Source of the DNA: Chrysomallon squamiferum | Taxonomy: Eukaryota > Animalia > Mollusca | NCBI GenBank assembly: GCA_012295275.1 | Contig: CM022679.1 | Coordinates: forward strand, 27,404,001-27,468,000 | DNA length: 64,000 nucleotides | Direction of reading: 5' to 3' | In this document: positions 1 through 14,618 of the stretch, piece after piece | Layout: each line of letters starts with the position of its first letter | How positions within the stretch are numbered: the stretch's first letter is position 1 | Translations under genes and position numbers: made by a program | The notes under the pieces: generated by a model | Databases searched by the model: none | Told to the model about the DNA's origin: nothing | The model's input: the letters and a program-made list of their open reading frames with translations, nothing else

Positions 1-25
1 AAAAAGAGATAATTACGTTGAAAAC

Positions 26-58
<33 letters not shown>

Positions 59-573
59 TAAAAGAAAGAAAAAACGAAAAAACAAGCAGAAACAAATTCG
101 AAAAAAGCTATTTTTTTTTTATATATTGGTTTTAGTATGCTTTTTTATATACGTATTTACTTATATACGTATATAGATCAATGTTTGTATATCTTTCAGA
201 ATCATATATATATCCGTTAATAGGAATCTCTTTAAAGTTTGCGTTAATATCTAGTGTCTATGTATATACATGTATGTATGTATTCAGATGAGTGTGTGTG
301 TGGATGTATGTATGTATGTATGTATGTATGTATGTATGAATGTATGTATGTATGTAAGCATGTATGTGTTGGGAAGCTAAGGGTTGAGACACAGGACGAT
401 TGAACACAGTGGTGTTCCTACATATACTGTAACAAAACCACACAGAAAACATGGTTGATGTGGGTTCCCACAACAAACGCCCAGTGTGTTCAGACCTTTT
501 ATGTGTGCACGTGCATTTGTGCGCGTGTTGTGTGTGTGCGCACTTCACGCGTATACACCTACACATAACTTAC

Positions 574-1799
574 TATCTGAGATCGTGATTTATAATCAGC
601 CATCAAAAATGGCAACACGTCGGTGGCAGGGTCTTCATCATCGTCGTCGTCACTGTTAGAAGAAATTGCAACAATTTCAAAATTGTCTCCCTTTCTGGTC
701 GACTTGAGATTGTTGTAAAATAGTTTGAGCTGCTTTGAAAAATGTTGACAAGGCAGACACCAGTTTCCATAGAAATAAATACCTGACAGAGGTAAAAATG
801 GAAGAAGAAGAAGAAGAAGAATATGTTAATGAAATACGTTATAAACGATAAAGGTTTATTATGGGAAAAAAGATCGTTAGAGTAAACGAATAGCTAATAA
901 AGCAAATGGAAGAGAATAATTTTTGACTCTAAGTTCTGACTTGTAATGCAAAAGTAATGAATGAAATATAACATGGAATAATAATAATAATAATATATAT
1001 AGCTTAAATATACTTTATTTATTTATTTATTTGTTCATTTATCTATCATCGTCATCATCATCATCATTTTTCCAGAAAAATTCGGAAAATCGGCTGTTTT
1101 TGACAGTAGCTACTTTTGAATTATTCGCGCTTTGTTTTAGTTTTCGTGAAGACAATTCAAGTAAGTGTGTGGCTGTGTACAGGTGATCCTTTCACAACAA
1201 TTTTTTTTTTTTTTTTTTTTTTTTTTCAATTTACCATCATATTCATTTATTATCATGTCTAAAAAGGCTGGCAGAAACACATCTTGAAAGTGAAAAGAGT
1301 ATTCTGTACCGAGGTTTTAGGAATTTTAAGTGCCAAGCTTGCCAGGTAAATACTTCGTTACCTGAATCGTTTTATAAATACACTTGATATTTTTCTTCTA
1401 ATTTTTTTATTTTTTTATTTTTTTTTAAATTTATTTATTTTTATTTTGTTAAACATTCTTTCTGTCGCTATTTGTTATTTCTTTTCTAGATCCTTACAGA
1501 GACAAAGTATATTAAATAGATATAAGCAGATGCATATGTCTATAATTGTATATAAATATACATCTGAAGGTATTCATATATGATTGTATCAAAACTTCTT
1601 CATCGTACGTACAAAAGCATGCATATAATTATGTATCAACTTATTAACTCAAATATTCACACGGTAATTAATATAAAACAAATAATTAATAAAGTACACT
1701 ACCTATAATTTTGTCTGGACCAGCCAGCGAGGAGACCGGAACTCTACAACCTTTGCGGTCAAGAACAAACTTTCCAAAGACATCTTGTAAAACGTCCAT
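574..1799 (-). CDS. Nucleoredoxin-like thioredoxin-fold protein, 5' part (exons 1703-1799 and 574-782; continues off the left edge)
   Basis: Spliced translation MDVLQDVFGKFVLDRKGCRVPVSSLAGPDKII/GIYFYGNWCLPCQHFSKQLKLFYNNLKSTRKGDNFEIVAISSNSDDDDDEDPATDVLPFLMADYKSRSQI matches the nucleoredoxin/tryparedoxin pattern (GxYF..xWCxPC...FY...FEIVxxSS). The phase-1 GT-AG intron 783-1702 joins in frame, and a gtaagt donor follows at 573. In-frame upstream ATGs at 1907 and 1964 are possible alternative starts. Confidence 0.85.
1075..1360. repeat. Dispersed repeat, copy 1 (related to 44360-44845)
   Basis: Shared blocks in the same order as copy 2: tgtacaggtgatcct/tgtataggtgatcct; ttcatttattatcatgtctaaaaaggctggcagaaac/ttcatttatacctatgtctaaaaggccagcagaaac; caagcttgccaggtaaat/caagcttgtcagataaat. 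Confidence 0.5.
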
Positions 1800-2336
1800 T
1801 GCTGAACGCCAAATCCGAACTAAACCGAATCCGCTCCTTGCGATTTTCCCGCTAACAAAGATTCGCCCAGCCACCAGCTGTGTATCCGAAAGCCGTAGTA
1901 ATGACATATTTGCACAATTGATCTTTCTCTTTTCAGTGCAATTAACTGGTGATTTTTTCGTCATTAAAGGTATCCGTCTCGGTGTATGTGGTGTGGGTTT
2001 TTTTCGTGTTTGGTTTTTTTTTTTTTTTTTTTGGCGTTGTGTTCTGTTGTCAACAAAATAATCTTTAGCGCTAATGTTTCAGACTGTTTTCAAAGAAGGA
2101 TGTATAGAAAGCAAGTATTTCTAGCCGATAGTTTGTTTTGACAAGTTCTGACGCTAGTGAACAAATTATTGTTAATGCGTTCGCTTGAAAATAAATTGCT
2201 TATTAATAACTGCATTTTCGAACACAAAGAGTAAATGATTTGGTCTGGAAAATATATTTTCAGCTGTCTTTCAATTTCCAGAATAGGGATTTTTTTGGAG
2301 GGGTTTTCGGATTTCGATTAATTTATTTCAGTAATA

Positions 2337-2386
<50 letters not shown>

Positions 2387-3311
2387 CAGAAACCATAAAC
2401 AAATCCCAGATAATATAAACTGGAACGTAAGTTACTTTTACTTTATCTATCTATCTGTCTGTCTATCTATCTGTCTATCTATCTATCTATCTGTCTAGCT
2501 ATCTACCTATCCATAATACATACATAGAGAGGGGAATGCTGACATATAGACAAACACACTCACAAATACATATTCAGAGGGACAGACAAAGAAAAAGATA
2601 TAGAAATAGCGTTACGTTCAAGCATATGTACATTCATATACACACACACATACACACGCATGAAACGGTGAACAGTAAAATACAAATATACACATACAGG
2701 GACTCATCGCTGAAGTGCACTTTTATTTAAAAATACGTAACATCCACACATAACATTAGTTTATACAAAAAGAAAATATCGAAATAAGTATTCGAGCGTA
2801 TTTTTGTTTTTGTTATTTTTAATGTTTTTTTTTTTTTTATTTTTTTTTTTGGATCCGTGGTGGTGGGCGGTGTTTTTTTTTTTGACTCCTTTTTTTTTTT
2901 TTTTTTTGGCTTTTTGGTTTGGTTTTCCTCTTCTTCTTCTTCTTCTTCTTTTCAATCATGTTTCTATAATTATTTTTATTGATTAACGTATTGGCCATAT
3001 ATGTTTCAGTTGTCGTGTACTAACAGGTCAATATTCTTGAAATGCGTGACAGTCTTACATTAAGTACATACAAATCAGTGCGTAGGTCACACACATTGTA
3101 GGTGAGTGCATTTACCTAGTTTCCCACAGAACTTTCACTTTTATCTAGAGAATTATAACGACTCCATTTTATTGAAATCCCGCATATTCCTGTTGTGCGC
3201 ATGGATTTCATTTCTGCTTCTTTACAAATACCTAGAAGCACGTACACACGTATATTTACTTCGATTAATTACTTATTAACTCACACACATACATATACAC
3301 AGACATTCACG

Positions 3312-3348
<37 letters not shown>

Positions 3349-3728
3349 CTAATTGTTGTTATTTATGAAATATTTTGTTTTGATGTATAGTGACAACAGA
3401 TCAATACCTAAAAATATACAAGTATATTAACATTACTTTCACCTATTCAAATGTAATATTATATAAACTTTAAAAGTAACAGCTAAACAAAAAGGAAAAA
3501 ACAACACAGAGGAAAAAAAGTACAAACATTAACCCATCTTTATTTCGAAAATGAAAACTACAACTTTTTACAAATTAACGTTTCATGCTTTATTTTTTTT
3601 TTAATTATTATTATTTTTTTTTTTACAAATTCTTCTGTGACATTGTCAGTACTATTCAATCTGTCCGCTGTCACTCTGCAGACAAAATGACAAACAAGCG
3701 CATGGTGCTTATACTTCATGCAGATTTT

Positions 3729-4583
3729 AAGTGATTATCGATCACTTTCAGTTTCGAAAAACTCATCTCACAGGTAGCAACATTAACAGCAATTGTGAGA
3801 AAAAATTATCAGCATTATTACTATTTGAACACGAGTTCCTAAGGTTACACTTTTGAATAAGCAGCAGAAGTTCAAGATGGCGTTCTTTCCACGTTCGTTA
3901 AAAGCATCGACAGCTGAAGTCCTTTTCTCTCAACTGTTGACTAAAATCTGTCTTGCAGTACTACGTCAAGTATCGAAGAATGTGAAACTTACGGTAGATG
4001 AATTGATGACAAAGCAAATAACATACTAATGGTGATTTATTGGCAGTGAAAGTTAATAAGCCTGTAGAGAGTAGAGTAAAGACTAGTTAAGCTGAAAGAC
4101 GGTTGATCGATCAGAACTGACCAAAACAGTCGCCCTAATCACATATAAATAAATAAATAAATAAATAAATAAACACCTAACCACTCACAAAATTCGACTG
4201 ACCAGAAGAGCCAGGGCAAAAAGACGAAAAATATACTCTCAAACGAATTTGTGTCAAGGAAGACACTGTGTCATGAAATTTCCATGATAACAATCAAGAT
4301 GGCGTCTCCCAGACATTAAAAGGACGCGCCCATCACTGGCTTATGCAACAGACCGCAAAGTGCCGCCCCAATAAAGCTGTAGCCAGGGGATGACCGCTCC
4401 CATCTCCCCACAGTCTACACTGTTGGTAAACGTCTGTACGGAAAAATATATATATTCAAAAGTGTAACCTTAGGAACTCGTGTTCAAATAGTAATAATGC
4501 TGATAATTTTTTCTCACAATTGCTGTTAATGTTGCTACCTGTGAGATGAGTTTTTCGAAACTGAAAGTGATCGATAATCACTT
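3729..4583. repeat. 131-bp inverted repeat (arms 3729-3859 and 4453-4583)
   Basis: The arms read as reverse complements by eye (aagtgattatcgatcactttcag...acttttgaata vs tattcaaaagt...gatcgataatcactt). Confidence 0.9.
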
Positions 4584-4695
4584 TCAGTTTCGAAAAACTC
4601 ATATCATTTTAATGTCTGGGAGACGCCATCTTGATTGTTATCATGGAAATTTCATGACACAATGTCTTACTTGACACAAATTCGTTTGAGAGTAT
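4233..4695. repeat. 89-bp inverted repeat (arms 4233-4321 and 4607-4695), interleaved with the 131-bp pair
   Basis: atactctcaaacgaatttgtgtcaag...cccagacattaaaa vs ttttaatgtctggg...ttcgtttgagagtat, about 2 mismatches. Confidence 0.9.
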
Positions 4696-4722
4696 GGGTA
4701 TGTGCCGCTATATTTTTCGTAA

Positions 4723-5530
4723 GGGGGTACGGAAAAAAATACCACTGGAAGAAATGGCACTGTGCAAATTTGGAAAAAAAGACACCTGAAAAAAAAAATG
4801 TTATTGCTTATTGACATTTAGTTATTGGTAGTAGGTGAAGTCCTGCTTACAAAAACAATTCATAATTGAACATAAAAAACTCAAGAAAAAGCCGGTGCCT
4901 GAATAATATCTGAGATAAAGATTTAATGTCATAAATAATATAAACCGCAGCTAATAGCATATTTAACAGTTATTGACAGTCAAAACAAATATAAACCAAA
5001 AACAACCTCCGAAATACTATGTACATATATTATGCAATGTTTGAACTGACAGAAATGATATCATTCTGGAGGATATTTTAACTCTAGTAAACGAATTAAC
5101 ATTTGGTACATCTTTATGAACGCGTCTGTACGTATGGACGTACTGATGCATCTGTATACGCGTGCAAGTGTATACATATATGATAACATACTCAGTTAAG
5201 TGCCGCTTACAAAAACAATTCATTATCGCTGGTGACAACATCCGCTGGAAACCTCATGGTAACCAAAACCAAGTGTTTGAGTGATACTATGTAAACAGTA
5301 TTTTTAAATGTGATAATTGTAATATTAAATTCTGATATAATACTATATTTTCTTAAGCAAAACCAAGTGGATGAGTGATACTGGATATTAATATACATGT
5401 ATGTAGCAATACTGAATGAATAAATTGTATTTTCCAAAGTAGTTTTAATATTTAAATTTTTTTTACGCCACCATACGGAAAAATTTAAATAAGGTGCCAT
5501 TTTTTTCCAGTGCCATTATTTCATACATCC
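4723..5530. mobile_element. Non-autonomous TIR DNA transposon (superfamily unassigned)
   Basis: Left end ggggtacggaaaaaaataccactggaagaaatggcac; right end reverse-complements to ggatgtatgaaataatggcactggaaaaaaatggcac. No coding capacity and no clear TSD. Confidence 0.55.
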
Positions 5531-6662
5531 GCTTAATGTACAGATGTTGATAAAGATATGTGCGTGTATAATGTATTACGAAGGCCCACTAAACAATGGA
5601 CGCAATCGGTATAACGAGATAATCAAATTCAGACATTAATATCAACGACTGTAACAAGTTAATAGCACTTTTCTTATAGCGCTTAAGTTCAAACATCTGA
5701 CGTTTTAATTCATTAGTTTGTGTTTCTGTCAAATTTAGTCATATCAGATTGATAAATACGTTTGAAAGAGTCGATACAGTATATAAATACAAAGTCGACA
5801 AACTCATCTTTCATTTTCTGACGTATCTGGATCATTAATGTAAAACAAATGTGTTAAATGAAAACGTTATCGATTTATACCATGAACACCTTGATATATA
5901 CCATTAGAGGAGAAGTCAGCATGCACAAACAAAATAAACAGTCTGTAATTGTTAAATAGCGCGCGTGTCGTCTGTTTACTCTCTTGGCAGTATAAAAATC
6001 AGTCTATTTCAGAAATGGCGGGAAAGGAATAGATATCGTCTGACTCGGAATGTGAGAAAAATAAATGGATGTGGCGACTCGGAAATACTGAAATGAAGAT
6101 TAAAAACGGCAGACATTTTGCAACTGAAGCTGCAACAGAAATCAATTGTTGCGCCGATACTAGATTTTTGTTCTGTCACATATATCTCTTTATGTTGATC
6201 AAAAAGGAAAAGAGAAAATTGAAAACAAATATATATTTCAAATACAAACATTTTTTATACTCGTTTTTTTATTTATTTTTTTTTTATTTTGATCATGTAT
6301 AATTTAGTAAATTGAAGGCTGAAATAAATAAAAAGATACACTGAAGCAAAGAATGTAATGAAGGTCAGAGATGAACAAATTAAAAGAGTGAAAATGATAC
6401 ACAGTATTCATGTATGCATGCTTTACGAGCGATAATTAACAAGTAAAAAGTAATAAACATATTTTGAACAACAGATATTACTGATACCTTTTTATTAATT
6501 TCTATCTTGTTAGCAATATTAACACGGAAAACTCATGCTTGCTCACCGAAGTTTTTTTTTTTTTTTTTTTTTTTTTAATTAAATGTGTGTATATTTGTGT
6601 GTTGAGTAAGTGCATATACTTGTTTGTATACGTATGCATGTGTGTATATATATGTGTCCGTG

Positions 6663-6729
<67 letters not shown>

Positions 6730-6831
6730 TGTCTATATATATATATTTATGAATATATGCACTTAACTATTTTTGCTTGTTAGCGTTTTTAGTCAGTGAT
6801 AAAACTTACAAGTACGTTAAAACATACATAA

Positions 6832-6868
<37 letters not shown>

Positions 6869-6876
6869 CAAAAGAC

Positions 6877-6934
<58 letters not shown>

Positions 6935-7235
6935 TAGGACGAGTGTTACATGATATGAAAATAACGGTTATTACCAGTTTTCTATAATGTAATACCAAAA
7001 AATATAATAACGATAATATCCTAATATCTAGTAAAGAATATTCTTAATAGTGGGGAACAGAGAAGATTTATGAGTGTTATGTCACACGATTATTAATATT
7101 GGAAAGTAATTCGACACCATTCTGCTGGGTAAGGTGCTTAGTAAGATACATCTCTGGTTTTGAACAGTGTCATCAAATAATTAGTTTTCATTGATTTTTC
7201 ACCTCTTATTTATTATTTTAATGTATTCAGAAATG

Positions 7236-7329
<94 letters not shown>

Positions 7330-7724
7330 AATTTATATAAACGATGTTTCTTCTCAGAAATCCTTTCAAGTTCGTGTCCTCTCGTCCATTTGTATGTTTG
7401 TGCGTGTTTGCGCATCAGTAAATTTATGAACATGTGTATGTGCCGTTATATAATAAATAATAATAAAATTCCTGAAAGAAAAACAAAAATAAAATAAAAT
7501 TAATTTAAATTAAAAAAACAAAAACCATCAGAAACACCCCAATTCTCTCAAAAAAAAAAAAAAAAAATAAAAAATAAATAAATAAACAAAAGAAAAAGAA
7601 AAAGAAAAAGAAATTAAAAAAAAAAGAAAAAAGAACCAAACTCAGTGAAATTCTATTACATTTCGGTGTTTCAATATATATATATATATATATTACTAAA
7701 ATATTTATTTTTCAAATATATACA

Positions 7725-7759
<35 letters not shown>

Positions 7760-8339
7760 CAACAACAACGTTACTTGTATATTATTATTATTATTTTGGA
7801 ACCAAATATACAAGTAACGATAATTCTTCTAGTTATAATTACGTAACAGTTACGTCCCCTTCTGTTACTGCTTTAAATGGTACCGGCAGAGCGATAAACT
7901 AAAACAATTATATTAATAATTAAGACAAGCTAGAAAAATATTGATCCTTTGACAAATAATAATGATAACAGAAAAGACTTAGGTGAACCTACAGTTTGCG
8001 CAAAAGTAATAATACATTTTTGTTTTCCTCCTCATTCTCTCAGCCAACTTTGGTGACCTCCTATGAGTAAGTCGATTGTTGATTGGTTGAAATGAGGGTT
8101 TCCCACCCACGTAAATATCTCCAGAACAACTCATTTCTAGTGAAGGTAAAAGTATATGCTTCCTTGTGAAAAACACTTTCTAAGTATATATTTTTAATTT
8201 AGAAAACAATTAAAAAACTTTATTATCCATAATTTTAATATATAGTGGATTTGTTTCTAGGTAAAAGATAATATAATTCAAATATTAACAATTTTTTTTT
8301 TCAATCGATCACCCAAAATGAATAAAATGAACTAATCGC

Positions 8340-8473
8340 AGAGAAACTGGAGTAAAAATAACTTGGCCAATCACAATTTTAGAGCGTCATATTGCTAGTA
8401 ATCTGCCATGGCTGATTCAGAACCATTTGTGTGTTTATTTCTGTGGTCGTTTTAGTTAGTTCCAGCCATCATC
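8340..8473 (+). promoter_or_regulatory. Probable proximal promoter/5' UTR of the C-type lectin receptor
   Basis: ttggCCAATcac (NF-Y-like box) at about 8364-8375, roughly 100 bp upstream of the ATG; a reverse ATTGG lies near 8082. Inference only. Confidence 0.35.
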
Positions 8474-9510
8474 ATGATTCGGTTTGTGGTTTTGAGACGT
8501 TATATCATCTACTGGGTTTTTCTCGTTACCGCTGGTAAGTATAACCGATGCGAACGCATCACTTTATGAAAGTTTATCCTTTACGACAACTGTTTCGATC
8601 TTCAATTTTCACTTTATGAAGTATTCCTTACATTATTTATAATAATTTAATTTGTTTATATGTTGATAGTTGTAATTAAATAAATAGGGAGGTAGTTTCA
8701 CCAACTACTGTTATTTTATGATATTTTGACAATAAATATTTCTGGTTGTTTTAAATAACTCTAGACATGGCAGTAATATAATTAAATTTCTAGAATATCA
8801 ATTATCATCATGTATGTAACTCTTTACTTATAAACAAAAAAGAATTAGCCCTCTATAATCAGTACAGAATCCATGTGTCTGTTATTTTTCTGATATGGAA
8901 AGTAAAGGAGACATTCCATTAAGACGAATTAAGATTAAAATATTTATGTTATTACCCGCCTGCCCCAGTAACTTTATTCATTTGAACTGTGCAAAATAAC
9001 TAAGACATAACAGTGATAAAGATACATGCTATCTCACTCTGTTAATCTTTTCACTAATAAAGCAGAACCTGTTTTCTAGATTTCACAGAAGTGTAATCAT
9101 GTTTACATATTTTACATTTTTTGTTATTGATAATAGTTAACAAGTTTCAACTGCTGTGAAGTGAATTATCATTTTTTTCATCTTCATTTTCTTCTTCTTC
9201 TACTTATTGTTCTACTTCTTCTCCTTCATCTTCTTTTTCTTCTTCTACTACTTCTTCATCTTCTTCTTCTTCTTCTCCTCCTTCATCTTCTTTTTCTTCT
9301 TCTACTACTACTTCTTCTTCTCCTTCATCTTCTTTTTCTTTCTCCTCCTACTTCTTCTACTACTTCTACTTCTTCATCTTCTTCTTCATCTTCTTTTTCT
9401 TCTCCTCCTCCTTCTACTTCTTCTACTACTTCTTCTTCTTCATTTTGTTCTTCATCTTCTTCTTCATCTTCTTATTTTTTTTATTTTAATAAACTTTGTA
9501 TTTTAAAAAA

Positions 9511-9551
<41 letters not shown>

Positions 9552-10785
9552 TATTAAAATCCACACAACAACAACAACAACAAAACAAAAACAAAACAAA
9601 AGACGTCCGATAAATGGCTATAGCTTGTATAGGGTTTCAAGGTTATCACTGTTAGTTTCCTTGTCATCCACTCTGATTTGAAAATTTAATTAAAATGACA
9701 TTTCAAAGTAAGTGTTTTTAATTGTGTGTTTGTGTTGGTCAAAGCATAATTACAAGAGAGGTCAAAACTGATAGATGTGTTGTTGAAAAATCCATTATGG
9801 TTACATTGTATTATGTGGAACTGCAGATTAAATTTTAAAATAACTGATGCTGTAATATTTATTTTAACATGTAAATCTATGTTATTTTTGGAAGGTATTT
9901 TTATTATAGATCATACTAACATAGAATACAGATCCCATATTGGTTTATATCTCTCTCTCTCTCTCTCACTCTCTCTTTATGTGTGTGTGTGATAAAATTG
10001 TGCCTTAACTAAAGAAATGTTAAATTTATTTAAAAAATAAAATAAAAATATTAACATTTTATCACTGGGCTATTCTTGGTATTTTAAACATTTTATCAGG
10101 AGGGTTGCTTACGTTAGGTGCATGTCACAAGGAATCATGTTACATCTGACATTCTACTGGACTGCGACTGAGTAATGAAGAATGCATTCACGTCTGTGTC
10201 ATTAACAGTGAATTAACACAGTTTTAATCTACATAACTTGTCAAAAACTGTCACACACACACAGACACACATACATACACGACTACACACATATGTATTA
10301 TAAAACTCACACACAAACACAATCACACACACGTATATACAATTATAATTATTACAGATATAATATATATGCGCAAAAACACACACAATCTCATCCTCAC
10401 ACATATATAATAATAATTATTACACACACACACACAAAACTGATTATATCAAGGAATGGATAGTAAACTGTATGTAAGCTGTGTCTTATAATAAACTAAT
10501 CACAGAACACTGGTTAGAATAGGGGAAAAAGGCCCATAAAGAGAGTATTGATCCTGGAAACCATTATCTTTAAGGTCAGCTTTCTGTTACCCATCATCAT
10601 CCTGATGACCCAGCCTGCCTGGGGTAGGTTGGGGGTGAGTGTTATACCACTTAACCAAACAATCTCTACCTAACACACATGTTCCTACTTAGACCACATT
10701 TGTAAACACAAATCCACATTCAAATCCTCCTGTATGTGGCAACATTACACATTTATTCCATCACATGGCTGACTAGGAGGGTAGG

Positions 10786-10828
<43 letters not shown>

Positions 10829-12080
10829 TGATGAATATTGTCTGGTAAAAATATTTGACAGATAGAGGTATTTTTGAGTGTGAGAAAGTTGGCAGAGATA
10901 TATAACAATAATGGCTAGCTGAAAGATAACTGCTTCAAAAATGAGTGTTTCACAATAACATGTTGTTGTTTGAGTAACATGTCTTCACAGGATTGTTTTG
11001 TCTAATTATCTGCTTCTTTTTTTGAAATTGGGAAAATATTTTTGGCTACGCAATTACAAAAACCAAGGTGCAAACTCATACAGTTGATGAAAGAATAAAT
11101 ATTTGTTTAATGAGGCCAGAACGTATTTTGATAATGACTGTTCTTTTTATTTATTTATTTAAAAATTTTTTTTTCTTAAAAATCAGTGTTATATAACAAT
11201 AACAATATATACACACATATAAAAACACATGATATATATTTTTATAATATATATATATATATATGTATATATATTTATAATTATTTTTTTCTTAAAAATC
11301 AGTGTTATATAACAATAACAATATATACACACATAAAAACACATGATATATATTTATATACACACACATAAAAACATGATATATATATATATATATAATA
11401 AAAATATATAATCATGTGTTTTTATGTGTGTGTATTTATTGTTATATAACACTGATTTTTAAGAAAATAATTATAAAGAGAGAGAGAGAGAGAGAGACAG
11501 AGAGACACAGACACACAGACACAGACACAGACACACACACACACACACACGCACACACCGAGAGACCTATAATATTCAAGTACATAAATACATTAAAATA
11601 CCAGGATTCATATGAAAGTGAAAGCTCTTACTTACATTTGTGGTTCTAACTTATTGTTGTGCATCACATAAATTACTTGTGTCATAATCACGTGAGATAG
11701 AAAACCGCTTTTGACACTGATTAATTCAGCAGAAGATGTTAGACGTAAAACTTTTAATTAAAATGTCCACCATTATTACCACGTTTGGTTGTCATGGACT
11801 GGAATAGGGGATACCCAAAAAGGGAGCTAACTGAACATGTGATCCTTCGTGGCACAAACAGTTGTTGTGACTACAAAACTTGAAGTGACTGAGCAGTCCG
11901 AATATGAATAAATTGAAATTAAACATTTTCAAATCATCAGAAAGGTGCATTATTTTCAAATTGTTGTAATTATTAGTGTATAGTTACCACACTGAATGAA
12001 TTGTTTAAAATTGTAATAAAAACTGTGAATAGTACTTGTTAATTTCATTCTGGATTTTTCTTACAATATATATATATATA

Positions 12081-12132
<52 letters not shown>

Positions 12133-13014
12133 CATACACACACACACATACATACATACATACATACATACTTATATATACACATACATATTACCCCCCA
12201 CACACACACATACAAACCTATCAACAAGCACACAAAAATATATTTTATTTCCCCACCCAGTCACAGCAATTATAAATATTTATACATTTCTTACATAAAC
12301 ACATTTTAGTTGTTTTTTGTCTCTCTGTCAGTGTTGAAATATATTTTATACAAATAAAAATTACTGTTTTTCTCTCACGTAAAAGTCTTGTGCTGTGTTA
12401 CATAATGTGTGTTTGGAACCAACATGGTGATGACAAAGTTTTGGCTGGGAGCCCAATGAGCTATTATTGATTGTAAAAGTCACTTCACTAATGAGTCATC
12501 TAAAATATCTGCCAAATATCTTGTCATAGAAACCCCCAGAAAAGTGAAGTCATTTAACAATTAGTGTGCAGTATACTTTCGGCCATTTGTAATCAGTAAT
12601 TAGTTACATAATTACATAATTTGTTTTTGTTTGTTTGTTTGTTTACAGTGGTAGTAGTGTCATTGTTTTCAGCATTTTTGTGGTCATTTGATGTGATTTC
12701 AAAAAAAAAAAAAGTGTCGTATTGCATTTTTATTATCAATGATTTTATTTTTTGTTGTTACAGTTATTACTATTATTAGTATTATTATTAATTTAATTTT
12801 TGTTTTCTTTTTAAATATTATTAACATTGATGATTGAATTTTAATATATACACTTTTATTTTATTGTGTTAAAATATGTATTTTATTATTGTAATTATTA
12901 GCTAAACATTATTATGATTACTTTTGTTATTGTTATTATTATTATTACTAATACTACAACTACTATTATTATTATTATTATTATTATTACTAATATTACT
13001 AATACTACAACTAC

Positions 13015-13046
<32 letters not shown>

Positions 13047-14570
13047 GATAAGGCTGATGATTAATATTATTGATATAAATGGCCACCAGTAATGATTCAT
13101 TGGATAAACAATATAGTCATTCTGTTTTACATCCACTGATGTAGTATTGTATCAACAAAAAATGGTTAACAATAATAACTATGTGTTGACATCATAAACA
13201 CACAACTAATTGTTATTTCCACTGGCCAGCACAGTTTTCAGTTAAACAAATCTTTATACAGAATTAATTAATAATATATGTTGATTTACTTTTATAATTT
13301 ATACTGATTTACATCATGTAATAATTCTTTTAGTTTTAAATATTTCACACACAGATTCAACATACATAGTCACACACACATCAAGCATACTGTGTACTTT
13401 TTAATTTTTATAATTATTTTTATATTTTTGCTTCCTGTTGGAGTAATAGTAAATTCATTCATTCATTTGTTCATTCACTCATTCATTTTCTTTAATTATT
13501 TGTTTATTCTTCTCAGTTTATTTTTTTTCTTTCTTTCTTTCTTCAACTGCTTTTCTAAAATTAAATTATTATTAAGTTTTGACATTAATTTGGTACAGAA
13601 TTTTAATGAAAAACCAACTGACCATAACAGAACAAAAGAAGAACACATATACACACACGTATTTATATATACAATATAATACTATAATCAACAAGAACAC
13701 AACAATACCCCTCCCAAAACCCCAGAAATATTATGAATGTTGTAATTCAATTTATTAATATTTATATATATTAAAAAATTAATAATAATAGAAATATTAA
13801 ATTTAAACATTTATATCTACCATTCAAAAATTTCCTACTTTGCTTAAGAAAATTGAAACATTCAGTCGCTTACTCATTCTGGGTCTATTTTTTCTTTTTT
13901 CTTTCCTTTTAATTTTTAAATATTTTAAAATACTTCTTTTTTCTTTTTTCTTTCTTTTTAATTTTTAAATATTTTAAAAAACTTCTTTTTTCTTTCTTTT
14001 TAATTTTTAAATATTTTAAAGTACTTCTTTTTTCTTTTTTCTTCTAACCCGATGCTGTTTTCTTCACAGTTCTGTTCTAGGTCAGGGAAAAGTTAATGTA
14101 GTTTTCTTTATTAGGAAAGATTTTATGTGGGCGAGGCAGGCATTCCAGATTTCGTGGAGAAAGAGAGAATTTCGCAACATGTGTGTTAGCACTGGCTATA
14201 AAACAATGACTGCAGTCTTGTGAAAGCAACTTGTTCCAGTTTTTTTTTATTTTCTGCTGATATGTTAATCTTACTGTAATTTTAAACATATCTAGATCTA
14301 ATCATGGAGTTGAGGGCGTAGAAATCAGCTCTGTACGGAACAGTTTGAAAGTTGTCAGGATTCTGTGTCGCTTTCTCTCTTTTCTCTTTTCTTCAGTCTT
14401 TCTCATCTCAGTTTTCTGTCTAAGTTCCAGTTCTTTGTCACTCTTTTAATTTTATATAGTGTTATTTTATATATAGACTTGTTGTTTGTATGTGGAAGTT
14501 TTCTTTTAACTGGAGAAAAATGGACATGCACATTGAAATGTCGATAAAAACATTCACATGCAGATAAAGG

Positions 14571-14618
<48 letters not shown>

